From Anaerolineales bacterium (GTDB lineage Bacteria; Chloroflexota; Anaerolineae; Anaerolineales; E44-bin32): a stretch of 64,000 bases of DNA. Shown here piece after piece: positions 9,428 through 19,141 of the stretch; the stretch's first letter is position 1; the number at the start of each line of letters is the position of its first letter. The stretch covers positions 3,399 to 67,398 of the forward strand of contig DASWJQ010000057.1 of assembly GCA_036397095.1 (NCBI GenBank). The letters are read 5' to 3'. The notes under the pieces are model-generated. The model ran no database searches and had not been told where the DNA came from. It was given only the letters and a program-made list of their open reading frames with translations. A program made the translations under genes and the position numbers.

Positions 9428-10333
9428 CTAGCCAGGCTGTTCGACAATGTGAATGGCGCCAATCCCCAGGTCTACGCTGCCGGTGATCATGCCGCCGGTG
9501 CTGGTGCCGGTGGAGCGGACGAAGTCACCGTCCCGCGCAAAGCCGGCCCCTACCGTAACTGCCTGCAAGCCGTCGCCGACGTTCAGCTGCAGTCCGCTGC
9601 CGGCCGGCACGCGCAGGACAACGTCGCCGATGCCTCCATCGATTTCGATTACCACGTCACGGCCAACGGGCAGGGTCACCTCGACCGTACCTACCCCAAA
9701 TGAGATGTTGGCCCGGTCGAGCATCGTGCCCGCCAGATCCAACTCCTGCAGTCCGACACCCACATCGGTCTGCAATCTCAGCGGCAGACTGGAAGCTAGG
9801 CTCAGGTGCCAGACACCACGCCGGCCCGGCAGCCAGAAGTTGACACCGTTGTCCAGGTCCTGGCGGATCTCCACGTTGACGACCCCAGCCTGCAGATCGC
9901 TGGTCACAAGGATGCGTTCGTCACGCAAAGGCTCGACGATCCCGTCCACGACCAGACCATCAGACGCTTCCCCGTCGAGTTTCAGCTCGCCAACCCCCGG
10001 CGCCAGCAGCACGAAGGCTTCGTCAGCCTGGCCAACCGTCTCGGCAACGCTGACCCCGTCGATTGGTCGCTGGTCGACGTTGGCCAGCAGATACAGGCTG
10101 CCGGCGAACACACCCGCCACCAGCACGACCGCCAGAGCCGTGCCCCACACCGAGCGACGCGGGATCAGCAAATCCACCCCGGCCGCCAGCAGCAAGGCTG
10201 GCCACAGTTGCAGTGCCAGTTCCCACAGATTCCAGTCGGTGATGCCGAAGTTGTTCAGCAGCACGATGGTGCCGATCGTGACCAGCAGGATCGGCCAAAC
10301 GACCTCGCCCCGCCGGTAGTTACGCCCGTTCAT
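9428..10333 (-). CDS. LiaF/DUF5668-like membrane protein with a C-terminal beta-solenoid (toast-rack-like) domain
   Basis: N-terminal WP..L...G...LLNNFG and LWPALL..GVDL transmembrane motif; repeated GVG/GIG beta-strand motifs. Confidence 0.75.
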   Translation of the reverse strand: MNGRNYRRGEVVWPILLVTIGTIVLLNNFGITDWNLWELALQLWPALLLAAGVDLLIPRRSVWGTALAVVLVAGVFAGSLYLLANVDQRPIDGVSVAETVGQADEAFVLLAPGVGELKLDGEASDGLVVDGIVEPLRDERILVTSDLQAGVVNVEIRQDLDNGVNFWLPGRRGVWHLSLASSLPLRLQTDVGVGLQELDLAGTMLDRANISFGVGTVEVTLPVGRDVVIEIDGGIGDVVLRVPAGSGLQLNVGDGLQAVTVGAGFARDGDFVRSTGTSTGGMITGSVDLGIGAIHIVEQPG

Positions 10334-10784
10334 CTGAGCCTCCCCGTCGCAGGATGACAACCAGGCCGCCCAGGATCAGAAGCAGCGGCCACAAGTAGTC
10401 GAAATCAAGCCAAGCCAGCCATGGGATGTCGAGGCGCCGCAAGAAGACCAGGGCGCCCAGCAGAACCAGGCTGGCGCCGATCCACGTCATCACACGCGGA
10501 TCGCGCTCTTGCGCCAGGTTCTGCATTTCGGAGCGCATGGTGCGGGCCTTGTCGGCCAACTCTTCGCGGGCCTCGCCAGCGGAGTCGGCTTCAGGCACCT
10601 CAGCCGGCTCAAGCGGCAACACCACCCACAGCAGCAGGTAGAGGAAGACGCCCAGGCCATCGGCCAGTGCGAAGACGACAAAGAACAAGCGCACCAGCGT
10701 TGGTTCGATGCGCAGTTGGTGACCAATACCAGCGCACACGCCGCCCAAGACTTTGTCTGTGCGGCTGCGGAATATGCGATTCAT
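10320..10784 (-). CDS. pspC: PspC domain-containing membrane protein
   Basis: RIFRSRTDKVLGGVCAGIG..LRIEPTLVRL.FV..YLLLWVVLP is the PspC signature; LiaF-like C-terminal TM pair. Confidence 0.9.
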   Translation of the reverse strand: MNRIFRSRTDKVLGGVCAGIGHQLRIEPTLVRLFFVVFALADGLGVFLYLLLWVVLPLEPAEVPEADSAGEAREELADKARTMRSEMQNLAQERDPRVMTWIGASLVLLGALVFLRRLDIPWLAWLDFDYLWPLLLILGGLVVILRRGGSDERA

Positions 10785-10801
10785 GGCTGCAAGCCTCCGT
10801 C

Positions 10802-11596
10802 TCAGCTGACTTTGACCGAACCGACACCGGTCTGAATGTCGATGTCAATTCGGCTGCTTGCCGTCTCATAGTCGGCGGACTGGTAGACACCAGCGGTCTG
10901 CGGGAAGCGACTCCCGTCCACCTGGATATCCGCCAGGCCGCTTTGCACCTGGATCCTGGCAGCCGTCGATGCCGGCACGCGCAACACCACCGACGACACA
11001 CCCGACTCGACCCGCACCTTGGCCTGGCCTGCGACGGCCGGCAGATCGACTTCGGTCGAACTGGCGCCGGTTTTCAGAAGCAGGTTGCGGACGGCCAGCT
11101 CAGTCAATGCCAGCCGGGTCTCGCCGGCGCCGGTCTCGAGCACCAGGGTCCAATCGACTTCGGGGGTTAGCCGCAGGTCCCATTCGAAGCCGCTGCCCCA
11201 GGCAAACGGTAGGTCGAGCAGCCGGTCCGAAGGTACCGAAAGCTCGAGCTCCGTCGAACTACCGTTTCTGCGCCGGGACAATTGAACGCCGCCGGCTGCC
11301 GTGCCTTCCAGCAAGACCGCCGGCTCCTTCGATGAGCCGATAGTCAGCCGGCCAGCTCCATGCTTGATGCGCAGGGTGGCCGCGCTTTCGCCGTCCACGG
11401 CCACCCGGACCGGCTCCCGTTCCAAGACGGCCGGCCCCGCCGACCGCCGCAGCAAGATCCAAAGCCCGGCAAAAACCAAAAGCAGCGGCCAGAACAAATC
11501 GCCAGCCGCCGCAGGCAGGAACCCCAGGTTGTTGAGCAGGAACAGAGCGCCTGCCAGCAGCAACAACCCGCCAAACAATAGTCGTCCTCGGTACAT
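10802..11596 (-). CDS. LiaF/DUF5668-like membrane protein with a toast-rack-like domain
   Basis: GLLLLAGALFLLNNLG..FWPLLL; repeated GAG/GAS/GVS/GVG strands; paralogous to 9428-10333. Confidence 0.75.
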   Translation of the reverse strand: MYRGRLLFGGLLLLAGALFLLNNLGFLPAAAGDLFWPLLLVFAGLWILLRRSAGPAVLEREPVRVAVDGESAATLRIKHGAGRLTIGSSKEPAVLLEGTAAGGVQLSRRRNGSSTELELSVPSDRLLDLPFAWGSGFEWDLRLTPEVDWTLVLETGAGETRLALTELAVRNLLLKTGASSTEVDLPAVAGQAKVRVESGVSSVVLRVPASTAARIQVQSGLADIQVDGSRFPQTAGVYQSADYETASSRIDIDIQTGVGSVKVS

Positions 11597-11654
11597 CGAA
11601 CGCTAGCCCCCGGGCGCAAGCCCGTTCAAATTCGCGGATACGTCGCTAACCTGG

Positions 11655-12161
11655 TCAGGCTTGGCGTCGTCCGAGCAGCGATTGGCCCAGCAGGATCAAG
11701 CCCAGCACGACGAGCAGCAAGGGCCAATAGGGGCCAAATGTCCCCAGACCGCCAAGGAAGGAGCCAAAGATGGCGAACATGATCAGGCTGATCAGGATCA
11801 GCGTGCCTCCTTCTCGCCAGCGGTTGGCCAAGGTGCCTTCGAGCGCACCCATCAAGACGATGCCGACTCCGACAAAGCCCGGGATGAGCGCCCACGCGTA
11901 GGCCCAGGACTCCCAATGGCCGGTTGCGTTCTGCCAGGCCAACAGCCCGCCAATGCCGGCGATGATGGTCGCCGGGATGGCCAGGCCGGGGGCATTGACG
12001 ACGAGACCAAGCACCAGGAGCAATACGCCGAAGCCAATCAGGATCGAGGGCCACTGAAACAAATCCCCCAAGCCTGGTATGACTTGTACGGCGAAGAACC
12101 AGGCCCCGGCCAGGATCAGGAGCAGGCCGAGCGCCAATTGAGACCTCACTTTGGTTTGCAT
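11655..12161 (-). CDS. Multi-pass membrane protein, LiaI/LiaF-like; first gene of the envelope-stress operon
   Basis: About 6 hydrophobic segments, WP motifs, WESWAYAWALIPG; SD GGAGG upstream. Confidence 0.75.
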   Translation of the reverse strand: MQTKVRSQLALGLLLILAGAWFFAVQVIPGLGDLFQWPSILIGFGVLLLVLGLVVNAPGLAIPATIIAGIGGLLAWQNATGHWESWAYAWALIPGFVGVGIVLMGALEGTLANRWREGGTLILISLIMFAIFGSFLGGLGTFGPYWPLLLVVLGLILLGQSLLGRRQA

Positions 12162-12273
12162 AGCTGTTCCTCCGGCAGTGGTTCGTTAGTCAAGTCGTCC
12201 ACTCGCGTCAAACGGCGCTGCCACCCGGCGCGCCAGACCGCCTCCTTCCTGCTTTTTATAGTGGCATACATGT

Positions 12274-12286
12274 CAGGTGTCACCTG
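12274..12286. promoter_or_regulatory. Palindromic putative operator upstream of the psp/lia-like operon
   Basis: CAGGTG-T-CACCTG is a perfect palindrome, just upstream of a minus-strand TATAAA at 12255-12260. Confidence 0.4.
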
Positions 12287-12364
12287 CAGGAAGTCATCCC
12301 ATCTGCAGCCTATACGCTTGTGCGTCCTCTCAAGTTGTACGCAATCGCTGCTATTGTCACAGGC

Positions 12365-12862
12365 CTAGGCCAGCAGACCTGCCACCAGCGCCGCCACCGC
12401 CCCACCGACGACGCTGAGGACCGTACCAATCAAGGCTCCGCGCGCATGGAAAGCAAAGTCACGGTAACCGGCCATCCCTTCTGTGCCCGGCAGCACCATG
12501 AACGAGGGCTGGATCAACACCATCAGCCCATCCAGGATCAGCAGGTCGAAGATGTTGAAGGTCATAAGGACAACGAAGGCCACTACGAACCAGTCACCAA
12601 ACGACAGCGGGCTGGCAGGGATCCGGGTCAGGGCGAGAACAAGCACGCCGATCACCAAACCGAAAAACAGCACGGCAATCAGCGGCCGGTAGCGTTTGCC
12701 CCGTTCACTCATCTCCCCGTAGCGCTCACGGATATCGGGCGGGTAGTCGCCAACCCACATATCTGGTGCCAGCGCCAGGCTCAGGCCCATGACAACCAGC
12801 AGGCCCAGGCTCAGCACCAGGCCGTACAGCAAACCGTGGATGACTAGCGGTCCCAACATCAT
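12365..12862 (-). CDS. Conserved hypothetical membrane protein
   Basis: Four TM segments with DYPPDI, NIFDLLILD and LPGTEG.AGYRD..FH motifs; SD GGGAGG upstream. Confidence 0.75.
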   Translation of the reverse strand: MMLGPLVIHGLLYGLVLSLGLLVVMGLSLALAPDMWVGDYPPDIRERYGEMSERGKRYRPLIAVLFFGLVIGVLVLALTRIPASPLSFGDWFVVAFVVLMTFNIFDLLILDGLMVLIQPSFMVLPGTEGMAGYRDFAFHARGALIGTVLSVVGGAVAALVAGLLA

Positions 12863-13435
12863 CAAATGCCTCCCGATGGACGGCTCAGGACGACCAGCGC
12901 CGTGTCGATGGCTGGTCCGTCTATCTCTAGATTCTAGGGCAAACGGCGTCATTTCCTACGTGCCATCCGGCTGCAATCCGGCCGCTGACGTTCAGGTGAC
13001 ACATGGCTTGTCACCGGTGGTTGGTTGTCACTTGCCGCCGATGGGACTGGATTCGAAACTACTAAGGGACCAAGCGCCCAGCTCCAGCAAGTGTGCGCGG
13101 CGCCGCCGGCTGACTGGGGGAGAACCCGTCGGTCGCAGGTCTGCTTGCAAGGAAAGACTGAGGGCCAGGAGGCATGGTCAATCCGGCGCACATCCCTGCC
13201 GTCGATCTGCCCGCCCTGCCCGGGCGGCGATCGACACCAGCCGCCGGCCCTTCACAGTCTGACCTCCTAGTGGCTACGTTCTCTTTGGGCTCATCGTGAT
13301 CTCACTCCGCCGCCCAAAAACACCGCAGCCGCCGCTAGGAGGTCGCTTTATCCCAGCCAACGGCAGGCGCCGGACGATCTTTCCCGTGCCAATGGCCGCA
13401 TCGTACGTCAATTTCGGCCACAGAGAAGGTGAGAC

Positions 13436-14326
13436 ATGCTGGAACCACATGTAGCTCTCCCGCCGTTTGACTACATCAAACCGACCAGCCTGGACGAGGC
13501 CTGCCAATTCCTGGCCGCCCACGCTGGCGAGGCCCGGCCGCTGGTCGGCGGCACCGACATCTTCGTGCGCATGCGCGATGGTCATTGGCACGACAAATTC
13601 CTGGTGGACATCAAGGGACTCGACGGCACCGATGACCTGCTGTTCGACGAGCAGGATGGTCTGACCATCGGCGCCGCCGTCAACATGAACCGCGTCATCG
13701 CCTCGGCCACGGTCGCCGAGCACTACCCGTTGCTGGTCGAGGCGGCCAAGACCGTCGCCAGCTACCAGCTGCGCAGCCGGGCGACGATTGTTGGCAATAT
13801 TTGCAACGCCTCCCCGGCCGGTGACACGATCGGCGCCTGTCTGGCCTATGAAGGTGTGTTGAAGATCCACGGTGTCAATGGTGCGCGCCAGCTGCCCTTG
13901 GCCGAATTCTTTAAGGGACCGGGCAAGACGGACCTGCAGTCCGGCGAGGTCGTAACCGCCATCAACCTGCCCGCCCCGCCCGACGGCGCGGTGGGCCACT
14001 ATCTGAAACTTGGCCGCAACCAGCTTGGCGACCTGGCCATCGTGGGTGTGACCGCCCTAGGCTATCCGCAGCCCGCGGCCGCCTCCGGCTTTGCCTTCCG
14101 CCTGGCGCTGTGTGCGGTGGCCCCGACCCCGCTCCGTGCCCTTGAAGCCGAGGCCAAGCTGGCCAACGAGCCGATCACGGAAGCCAGCATTCAAGCAGCG
14201 GCCGAACTGGCCATGAAAGCTTCCACACCGATTGATGATGTGCGCGGCGGCGCTGACTACCGCCGCCTGATGGTGCGCAATCTCACCCGCCGCGCCGTAT
14301 CCGAGGTATGGGCGCAGCTGGCCTGA
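13436..14326 (+). CDS. Molybdenum hydroxylase (XDH/CoxM family), FAD-binding subunit
   Basis: FDYIKPTSLDEA, VGGTD, RATIVGNICNASPAGD, PIDDVRG.ADYR. Confidence 0.93.
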   Translation: MLEPHVALPPFDYIKPTSLDEACQFLAAHAGEARPLVGGTDIFVRMRDGHWHDKFLVDIKGLDGTDDLLFDEQDGLTIGAAVNMNRVIASATVAEHYPLLVEAAKTVASYQLRSRATIVGNICNASPAGDTIGACLAYEGVLKIHGVNGARQLPLAEFFKGPGKTDLQSGEVVTAINLPAPPDGAVGHYLKLGRNQLGDLAIVGVTALGYPQPAAASGFAFRLALCAVAPTPLRALEAEAKLANEPITEASIQAAAELAMKASTPIDDVRGGADYRRLMVRNLTRRAVSEVWAQLA

Positions 14327-14351
14327 GGCCGGCTCTGCCAGGGAGAATGCC

Positions 14352-14834
14352 ATGAGTACCCACCAAATCAACTTGACGATTAACGGGGTTGCTGAGACGC
14401 TGACCGTGCCGTCCCACATGACCCTGCTCCAGATGCTGCGCGATCACCTGGCCTACACCGGTACCAAAAACGGCTGCGCTGCCGGCGAATGTGGCGCCTG
14501 CACCGTAATGCTCAACGGCGAGCCGGTCAATAGCTGCATGGTGCTGGCGCCCGAAGTCGATGGGGCCGAGTTGGTGACGGTCGAGGGTCTGGCTCACGAC
14601 AGCCAGCTCGACCCGATCCAGCAAGCGATCCTGGAGACTGGCGGTGTGCAATGCGGCTTCTGCACACCGGGTGTCCTGATTTCTTCGCGGGCCCTGCTCG
14701 ACCGCAACCCCAACCCTTCTGAGGACGAAATACGTCAGGCACTGCTCGGAAACCTGTGCCGCTGCACGGGCTACTTCCGGATTATCGAGGCGGTCCAGCA
14801 GGCTGCCCAAATGCCGGCGACGGTGGAGGTGTAG
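14352..14834 (+). CDS. Molybdenum hydroxylase, 2x[2Fe-2S] subunit (CoxS family)
   Basis: GC..GECGACT..NSC and QCGFCTPG..GNLCRCTGY. Confidence 0.95.
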   Translation: MSTHQINLTINGVAETLTVPSHMTLLQMLRDHLAYTGTKNGCAAGECGACTVMLNGEPVNSCMVLAPEVDGAELVTVEGLAHDSQLDPIQQAILETGGVQCGFCTPGVLISSRALLDRNPNPSEDEIRQALLGNLCRCTGYFRIIEAVQQAAQMPATVEV

Positions 14835-14835
14835 C

Positions 14836-17205
14836 ATGACCGCAGCCAAGGAAGCCCGCCAAGGCAACGGCCATATTCCCGACCTGATCGGGGCCAGCGT
14901 GCCCAAGATCGACGGCACCGAAAAGGTGATTGGCGCCGCCGTCTATACCGACGACATTCAGTTCGGGCCCAGGCTGCTCTACGCCCGCATCCTGCGCAGC
15001 CCACACCCGCACGCCAAGATCGTCTCCATTGACACCTCCAAAGCCATGGCGCTGCCGGGTGTCAAGGCGGTCGTGACCGGAGCCGACTTCCCCGGTTTCA
15101 TCGGTCTGTATCTGCAAGATCGCCACATCTTTTGCCGCGACCGCGTGCGCTACATCGGCGACCCGGTGGCTGGCGTGGCCGCCAGCACCGAGGAGATCGC
15201 CGAACAGGCGCTTGGTCTGATCGCAGTCGAGTACGAACCACTCGAGGGTGTGTTTGATCCCGAGATCGGCGCCCAGCCGGGCGCCCCGCTGATCCACCCC
15301 GATCTGGCGGACTATCACGTCAAACCTTTCATATTTCCGCGGGCCAACTCCAATGTCTCCAACCACTTCAAGATTCGCAAAGGTGACGTCGAGGCGGCCT
15401 GGGGCGACTGCAAGGCGGTGATCGAGCGCACCTACCGCATCCCGCAGGTGCAGCACGTGCCCCTTGAGACGCACATCGCCATCGCCGAGGTCACGCAGGA
15501 CAACAAAGTAACGCTGCACGCCAGCACCCAATCGCCATTTGCACAGCGCAATCTCATTGCCATGGCGCTCGGTATCTCACAAAGCGATGTGCGGGTGGTG
15601 GGCGGCGCCATCGGCGGCGGTTTTGGCGCCAAAGCCGGCGTCACCATGGAAGCGCTAGCCGTCGCCATCGCCCAGAAGGTTAAAGGCTTCCCGGTCAAGC
15701 TGCGGCTGACCCGCGAAGAGGAGTTCTATACGACTTTCGTTCGCCAGGGCCTGATCATCAAGCTTAAGGTCGGCTGCGACCAGGACGGCAAGCTGCTGGC
15801 GATGCAAAACACGATGTACTGGGACGGCGGCGCCTACACCGAGTACGGAGTCAACGTCACCCGGGCCGCCGGCTACAGCAGCAGCGGGCCCTACGAAATC
15901 CCCAACGTCAAGACCGACAGCTACTGCGTCTACACCAACCATCCGGTCGGCGGCCCGTTCCGCGGCTTCGGTATGCCGGAGATGCACACCGGCATCGAGC
16001 AGGCAATCGATGAACTGGCCCATGAGATCGGCCTCGACCCGGTCGACTTCCGCCGTATCAACTGCCTCAAGACGGGCAGCGCGCTGGTGACGGGCAGCAA
16101 GATGCACCCAACCGGCCTGCCCAAGGCAATCGAGGCCGTCGCCCAGGCGATCGATTGGGGGGTGGAAAGCAAGGCCAGCGCGCCCAACAAGCGGCGGGGC
16201 AAAGGGATCGCCTTGATGTGGAAGGCGCCGGCCATGCCGCCCAACCCCGGCTCCTCGGCCTGGGTCGAGTTCAGCGAAGACGGCACGATCATCGTCGGCG
16301 TTGGCGGCCAGGACCTGGGACAGGGCGCCTTCACCATCGCTGCCCAAATCGCCGCCGCCGGCCTGGGGGTGCCCTACGACTGGGTCCGGGTTGCAACGCC
16401 GCTCGACACCAAGTACTCTCCGTACGAGTGGCAGACGGTCGCCAGCCGCATCACCTGGAGCATGGGCAATGCCGTCTTGGCCGCCGCCCGCGACGCACGA
16501 CAGCAGGTGCTGGAGCTGGTAGCCGAAGCCTGGGACGAGAAGATCGAGGATTTGGACATCATCGAAGGGCGCGTGGTATCGTACCGCTCAGAGGAGTCCA
16601 TCTCGCTGCAAGACATCGTGATCTACGGCCTGCCAAAGGAAGGCGACAGCGGCTGGCGCGGCGGCCCGATCAGGGGCCAGGGCAAGTTCATGCCAACCTA
16701 CGTCACCGGGCTCGATCCTGAGACCGGTCAGGGTGAGCGGGCCGTGGTGCACTACACCACCGGCGCTCAAGCCGTCGAGGTCGAGGTCGATATGGATACC
16801 GGCAAGGTTGAGGTGATCCGCGGCTCGGCCGCCTTTGACCTGGGCAAGGCGATCAACCCCGAGCTGGCCAAGGCGCAGGTCGAAGGTGGCTTTGTCCAAG
16901 GGTTGAGCACGGCACTGTTTGAAGAGCTCATACTCAAGGACGGCGTGCTGCAAAACCCGAGCTTCGTCGACTACCGCATCGCCACCACGGCCGATACACC
17001 CCGCCAGTTGGCGACGATCCTGGTCGAAGAACCTCAGGACGACGGACCGTTCGGTGCCCGCGGCGTCGGCGAACATCCGATGGTGCCGACCATCGCCGCC
17101 ATCGCCAACGCCATTTACGACGCCATCGGCCTGCGCATCTCGGCACCGCCCTACCTGTCCGAGAAGGTTTATATGGCGATGCACGCTGCCGGTTTGGTGA
17201 CCTAG
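14836..17205 (+). CDS. Molybdenum hydroxylase, molybdopterin-binding large subunit (substrate unknown)
   Basis: GGGFGAK, GPFRGFG, QVEGG..QG, ARGVGE (catalytic Glu). Confidence 0.95.
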   Translation: MTAAKEARQGNGHIPDLIGASVPKIDGTEKVIGAAVYTDDIQFGPRLLYARILRSPHPHAKIVSIDTSKAMALPGVKAVVTGADFPGFIGLYLQDRHIFCRDRVRYIGDPVAGVAASTEEIAEQALGLIAVEYEPLEGVFDPEIGAQPGAPLIHPDLADYHVKPFIFPRANSNVSNHFKIRKGDVEAAWGDCKAVIERTYRIPQVQHVPLETHIAIAEVTQDNKVTLHASTQSPFAQRNLIAMALGISQSDVRVVGGAIGGGFGAKAGVTMEALAVAIAQKVKGFPVKLRLTREEEFYTTFVRQGLIIKLKVGCDQDGKLLAMQNTMYWDGGAYTEYGVNVTRAAGYSSSGPYEIPNVKTDSYCVYTNHPVGGPFRGFGMPEMHTGIEQAIDELAHEIGLDPVDFRRINCLKTGSALVTGSKMHPTGLPKAIEAVAQAIDWGVESKASAPNKRRGKGIALMWKAPAMPPNPGSSAWVEFSEDGTIIVGVGGQDLGQGAFTIAAQIAAAGLGVPYDWVRVATPLDTKYSPYEWQTVASRITWSMGNAVLAAARDARQQVLELVAEAWDEKIEDLDIIEGRVVSYRSEESISLQDIVIYGLPKEGDSGWRGGPIRGQGKFMPTYVTGLDPETGQGERAVVHYTTGAQAVEVEVDMDTGKVEVIRGSAAFDLGKAINPELAKAQVEGGFVQGLSTALFEELILKDGVLQNPSFVDYRIATTADTPRQLATILVEEPQDDGPFGARGVGEHPMVPTIAAIANAIYDAIGLRISAPPYLSEKVYMAMHAAGLVT

Positions 17206-17223
17206 TTCAGGAGACCACAGCCT

Positions 17224-18468
17224 GTGTCCGACACGTTCGATCTCTTGATCAAGAACGCCAAGCTGCGAACGGAGCCGGACCACAGGCTAGATATCGGCAT
17301 CAAGGACGGCAAGATCGGGGCCATCGAGCCGCAACTCGATGGCCCCGCTGATTCCGTCCTCCAAGCCGATGGCGGGTTGGTCACGGAGTCCTTCGCCAAT
17401 CCTCACCTGCACCTGTGCAAGGTCTACACACTCGAGCGGATGGACGAGGCGGCGCTCAAGGACTACCACGGCGCCGAGATGGGCAAGGCGATGACGGCCA
17501 TTGAACTGGCTGCCCGCGTCAAGGCCGATTATGACGAGGCCTGGATCATCGAGAACGTCCGGCGGGCGATCGCATTGTCGGCCATTTACGGGGGAACCCA
17601 TGTGCGCGCCTTTGCCGACGTGGACCGGCAGGCCAAGCTGGAGGGGGTCAAGGCTCTGCTGCGGGCCCGGGGTGAATTCGCCGGCGTCGTCGACATTCAG
17701 GTGGTCGCCTTTGCCCAGGATGGGCTGGCCCGCGAACCGGGCGCCGCCGAGTTGATGCGCCAGGCGATGGAGCTTGGCGCCGATGTGGTCGGCGGTATCC
17801 CCTGGATCGAATACACCGACGCCGACATCGCCGACCATGTTCGCCAGATCTTCGACCTAGCCCAGCAGTTTGACGCCGATGTCTCAATGCTCGTCGATGA
17901 CGCCGGCGACCCTGGCTTGCGTTCGCTTGAGCTGATGGCGGTCGAGGCCGACCGGCGCGGCTGGCAGGGTCGGGCGCTGGCCCATCATGCCCGCGCCATG
18001 CACTTGTATCCCAAACCGTACCTGCAAAAGGTGGCGGCGCTGCTCAAGCGCGCCCAAATGGGCGTCGTCACCGACCCACATACGGGGCCGCTGCACGCGC
18101 GCGTGCGCGAACTGCTCGAGGAAAGCTGCCTTGTGTGTCTCGGCCAGGACGACATCTCGGACGCCTACTATCCCTACGGGCGCAACAACATGCTCGAGGT
18201 TGCGTTCCTGGCCTCACATCTTCTGTGGATGACGACGGCCGCCGAGATGGAGACCCTGTACGACATGGTCACGACCCACGCCGCCCGAGCCATGGGTGTG
18301 GCCGATTTCGAGATGGCCGTCGGCCATCCGGCCCACCTGGTGGTACTGGAAGCACCCAATGTCTTGGAAGCGCTGCGCGAACATGCCGCACCCAGATTCG
18401 TCGTAAGCCATGGCCAATTGATCGACCGTGCACAAATGCAGTCCGTCGCCACCAACCGAGTCTGGTGA
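17224..18468 (+). CDS. CodA/YahJ-like metal-dependent amidohydrolase (cytosine/creatinine deaminase family)
   Basis: NPHLHL, IQVVAFAQDG, GADVVGGIP, LGQDDISDAYYPYG. Confidence 0.88.
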   Translation: MSDTFDLLIKNAKLRTEPDHRLDIGIKDGKIGAIEPQLDGPADSVLQADGGLVTESFANPHLHLCKVYTLERMDEAALKDYHGAEMGKAMTAIELAARVKADYDEAWIIENVRRAIALSAIYGGTHVRAFADVDRQAKLEGVKALLRARGEFAGVVDIQVVAFAQDGLAREPGAAELMRQAMELGADVVGGIPWIEYTDADIADHVRQIFDLAQQFDADVSMLVDDAGDPGLRSLELMAVEADRRGWQGRALAHHARAMHLYPKPYLQKVAALLKRAQMGVVTDPHTGPLHARVRELLEESCLVCLGQDDISDAYYPYGRNNMLEVAFLASHLLWMTTAAEMETLYDMVTTHAARAMGVADFEMAVGHPAHLVVLEAPNVLEALREHAAPRFVVSHGQLIDRAQMQSVATNRVW

Positions 18469-18592
18469 GAGGCCCAGGTCGCAGCGGTCAGCAGCAACTT
18501 CAGGTTTGTCGGGGGATTTCTGCTAGACGACGGGCTTCCGCGTGAGTACAGTAGGGAAGAACGCAGCCATCGCCATCACGGAGTAAACAATC

Positions 18593-19033
18593 ATGCAGAT
18601 CGACGCGTTCATGCAAGCCGCCATCGAGCAAGCCGAGATCGGCCTAGCCGAAGGTGGCATCCCCATTGGCTCAGTCTTGGTCCGCGATGGGCAGATTATC
18701 GGCCGGGGCCACAACCGACGGGTCCAGCAAGACGACCCCATCCTGCATGCCGAAATCGATTGTCTGCGCGACGCCGGCCGCATCGGCAGCTACCGCGACA
18801 CGGTGCTCTACTCAACCCTGATGCCTTGCCACCTGTGCACCGGCGCCGTGCTGCAATTCGGCATCCCTAAGGTGATCGCCGGCGAATCGGTGACCTTTGC
18901 CGGCGCCCCCGACCTGCTGCGGGCCCACGGGGTCGAAGTGACCGACCTCGATCTGGACCAGTGCAAACAGCTGATGCTCACCTTCCAACGTGACCATCCC
19001 GATCTGTGGAAAGAGGACATCGGCGAGCTGTGA
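18593..19033 (+). CDS. Zn-dependent nucleoside/cytosine deaminase (CDA fold, yeast Fcy1-like)
   Basis: EGGIPIGSVL, GHNRRVQ, HAE, PCHLC, WKEDIGE C-terminus. Confidence 0.9.
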   Translation: MQIDAFMQAAIEQAEIGLAEGGIPIGSVLVRDGQIIGRGHNRRVQQDDPILHAEIDCLRDAGRIGSYRDTVLYSTLMPCHLCTGAVLQFGIPKVIAGESVTFAGAPDLLRAHGVEVTDLDLDQCKQLMLTFQRDHPDLWKEDIGEL

Positions 19034-19141
19034 ACCAAGATGCGGTCCGAAAGGAGGCTTACGACGCAGTCCTATTTCGCTAGGAAATCAAACCAACCCA
19101 GCGCAATTGACAACGAAGCATCCCTCTAAGGAGGAGCAACC

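Noticed and set aside
13436..17205. Aerobic CO dehydrogenase (coxMSL)
   Set aside because: The gene order fits, but the large subunit lacks AYxCSFR and the context is nucleobase catabolism.
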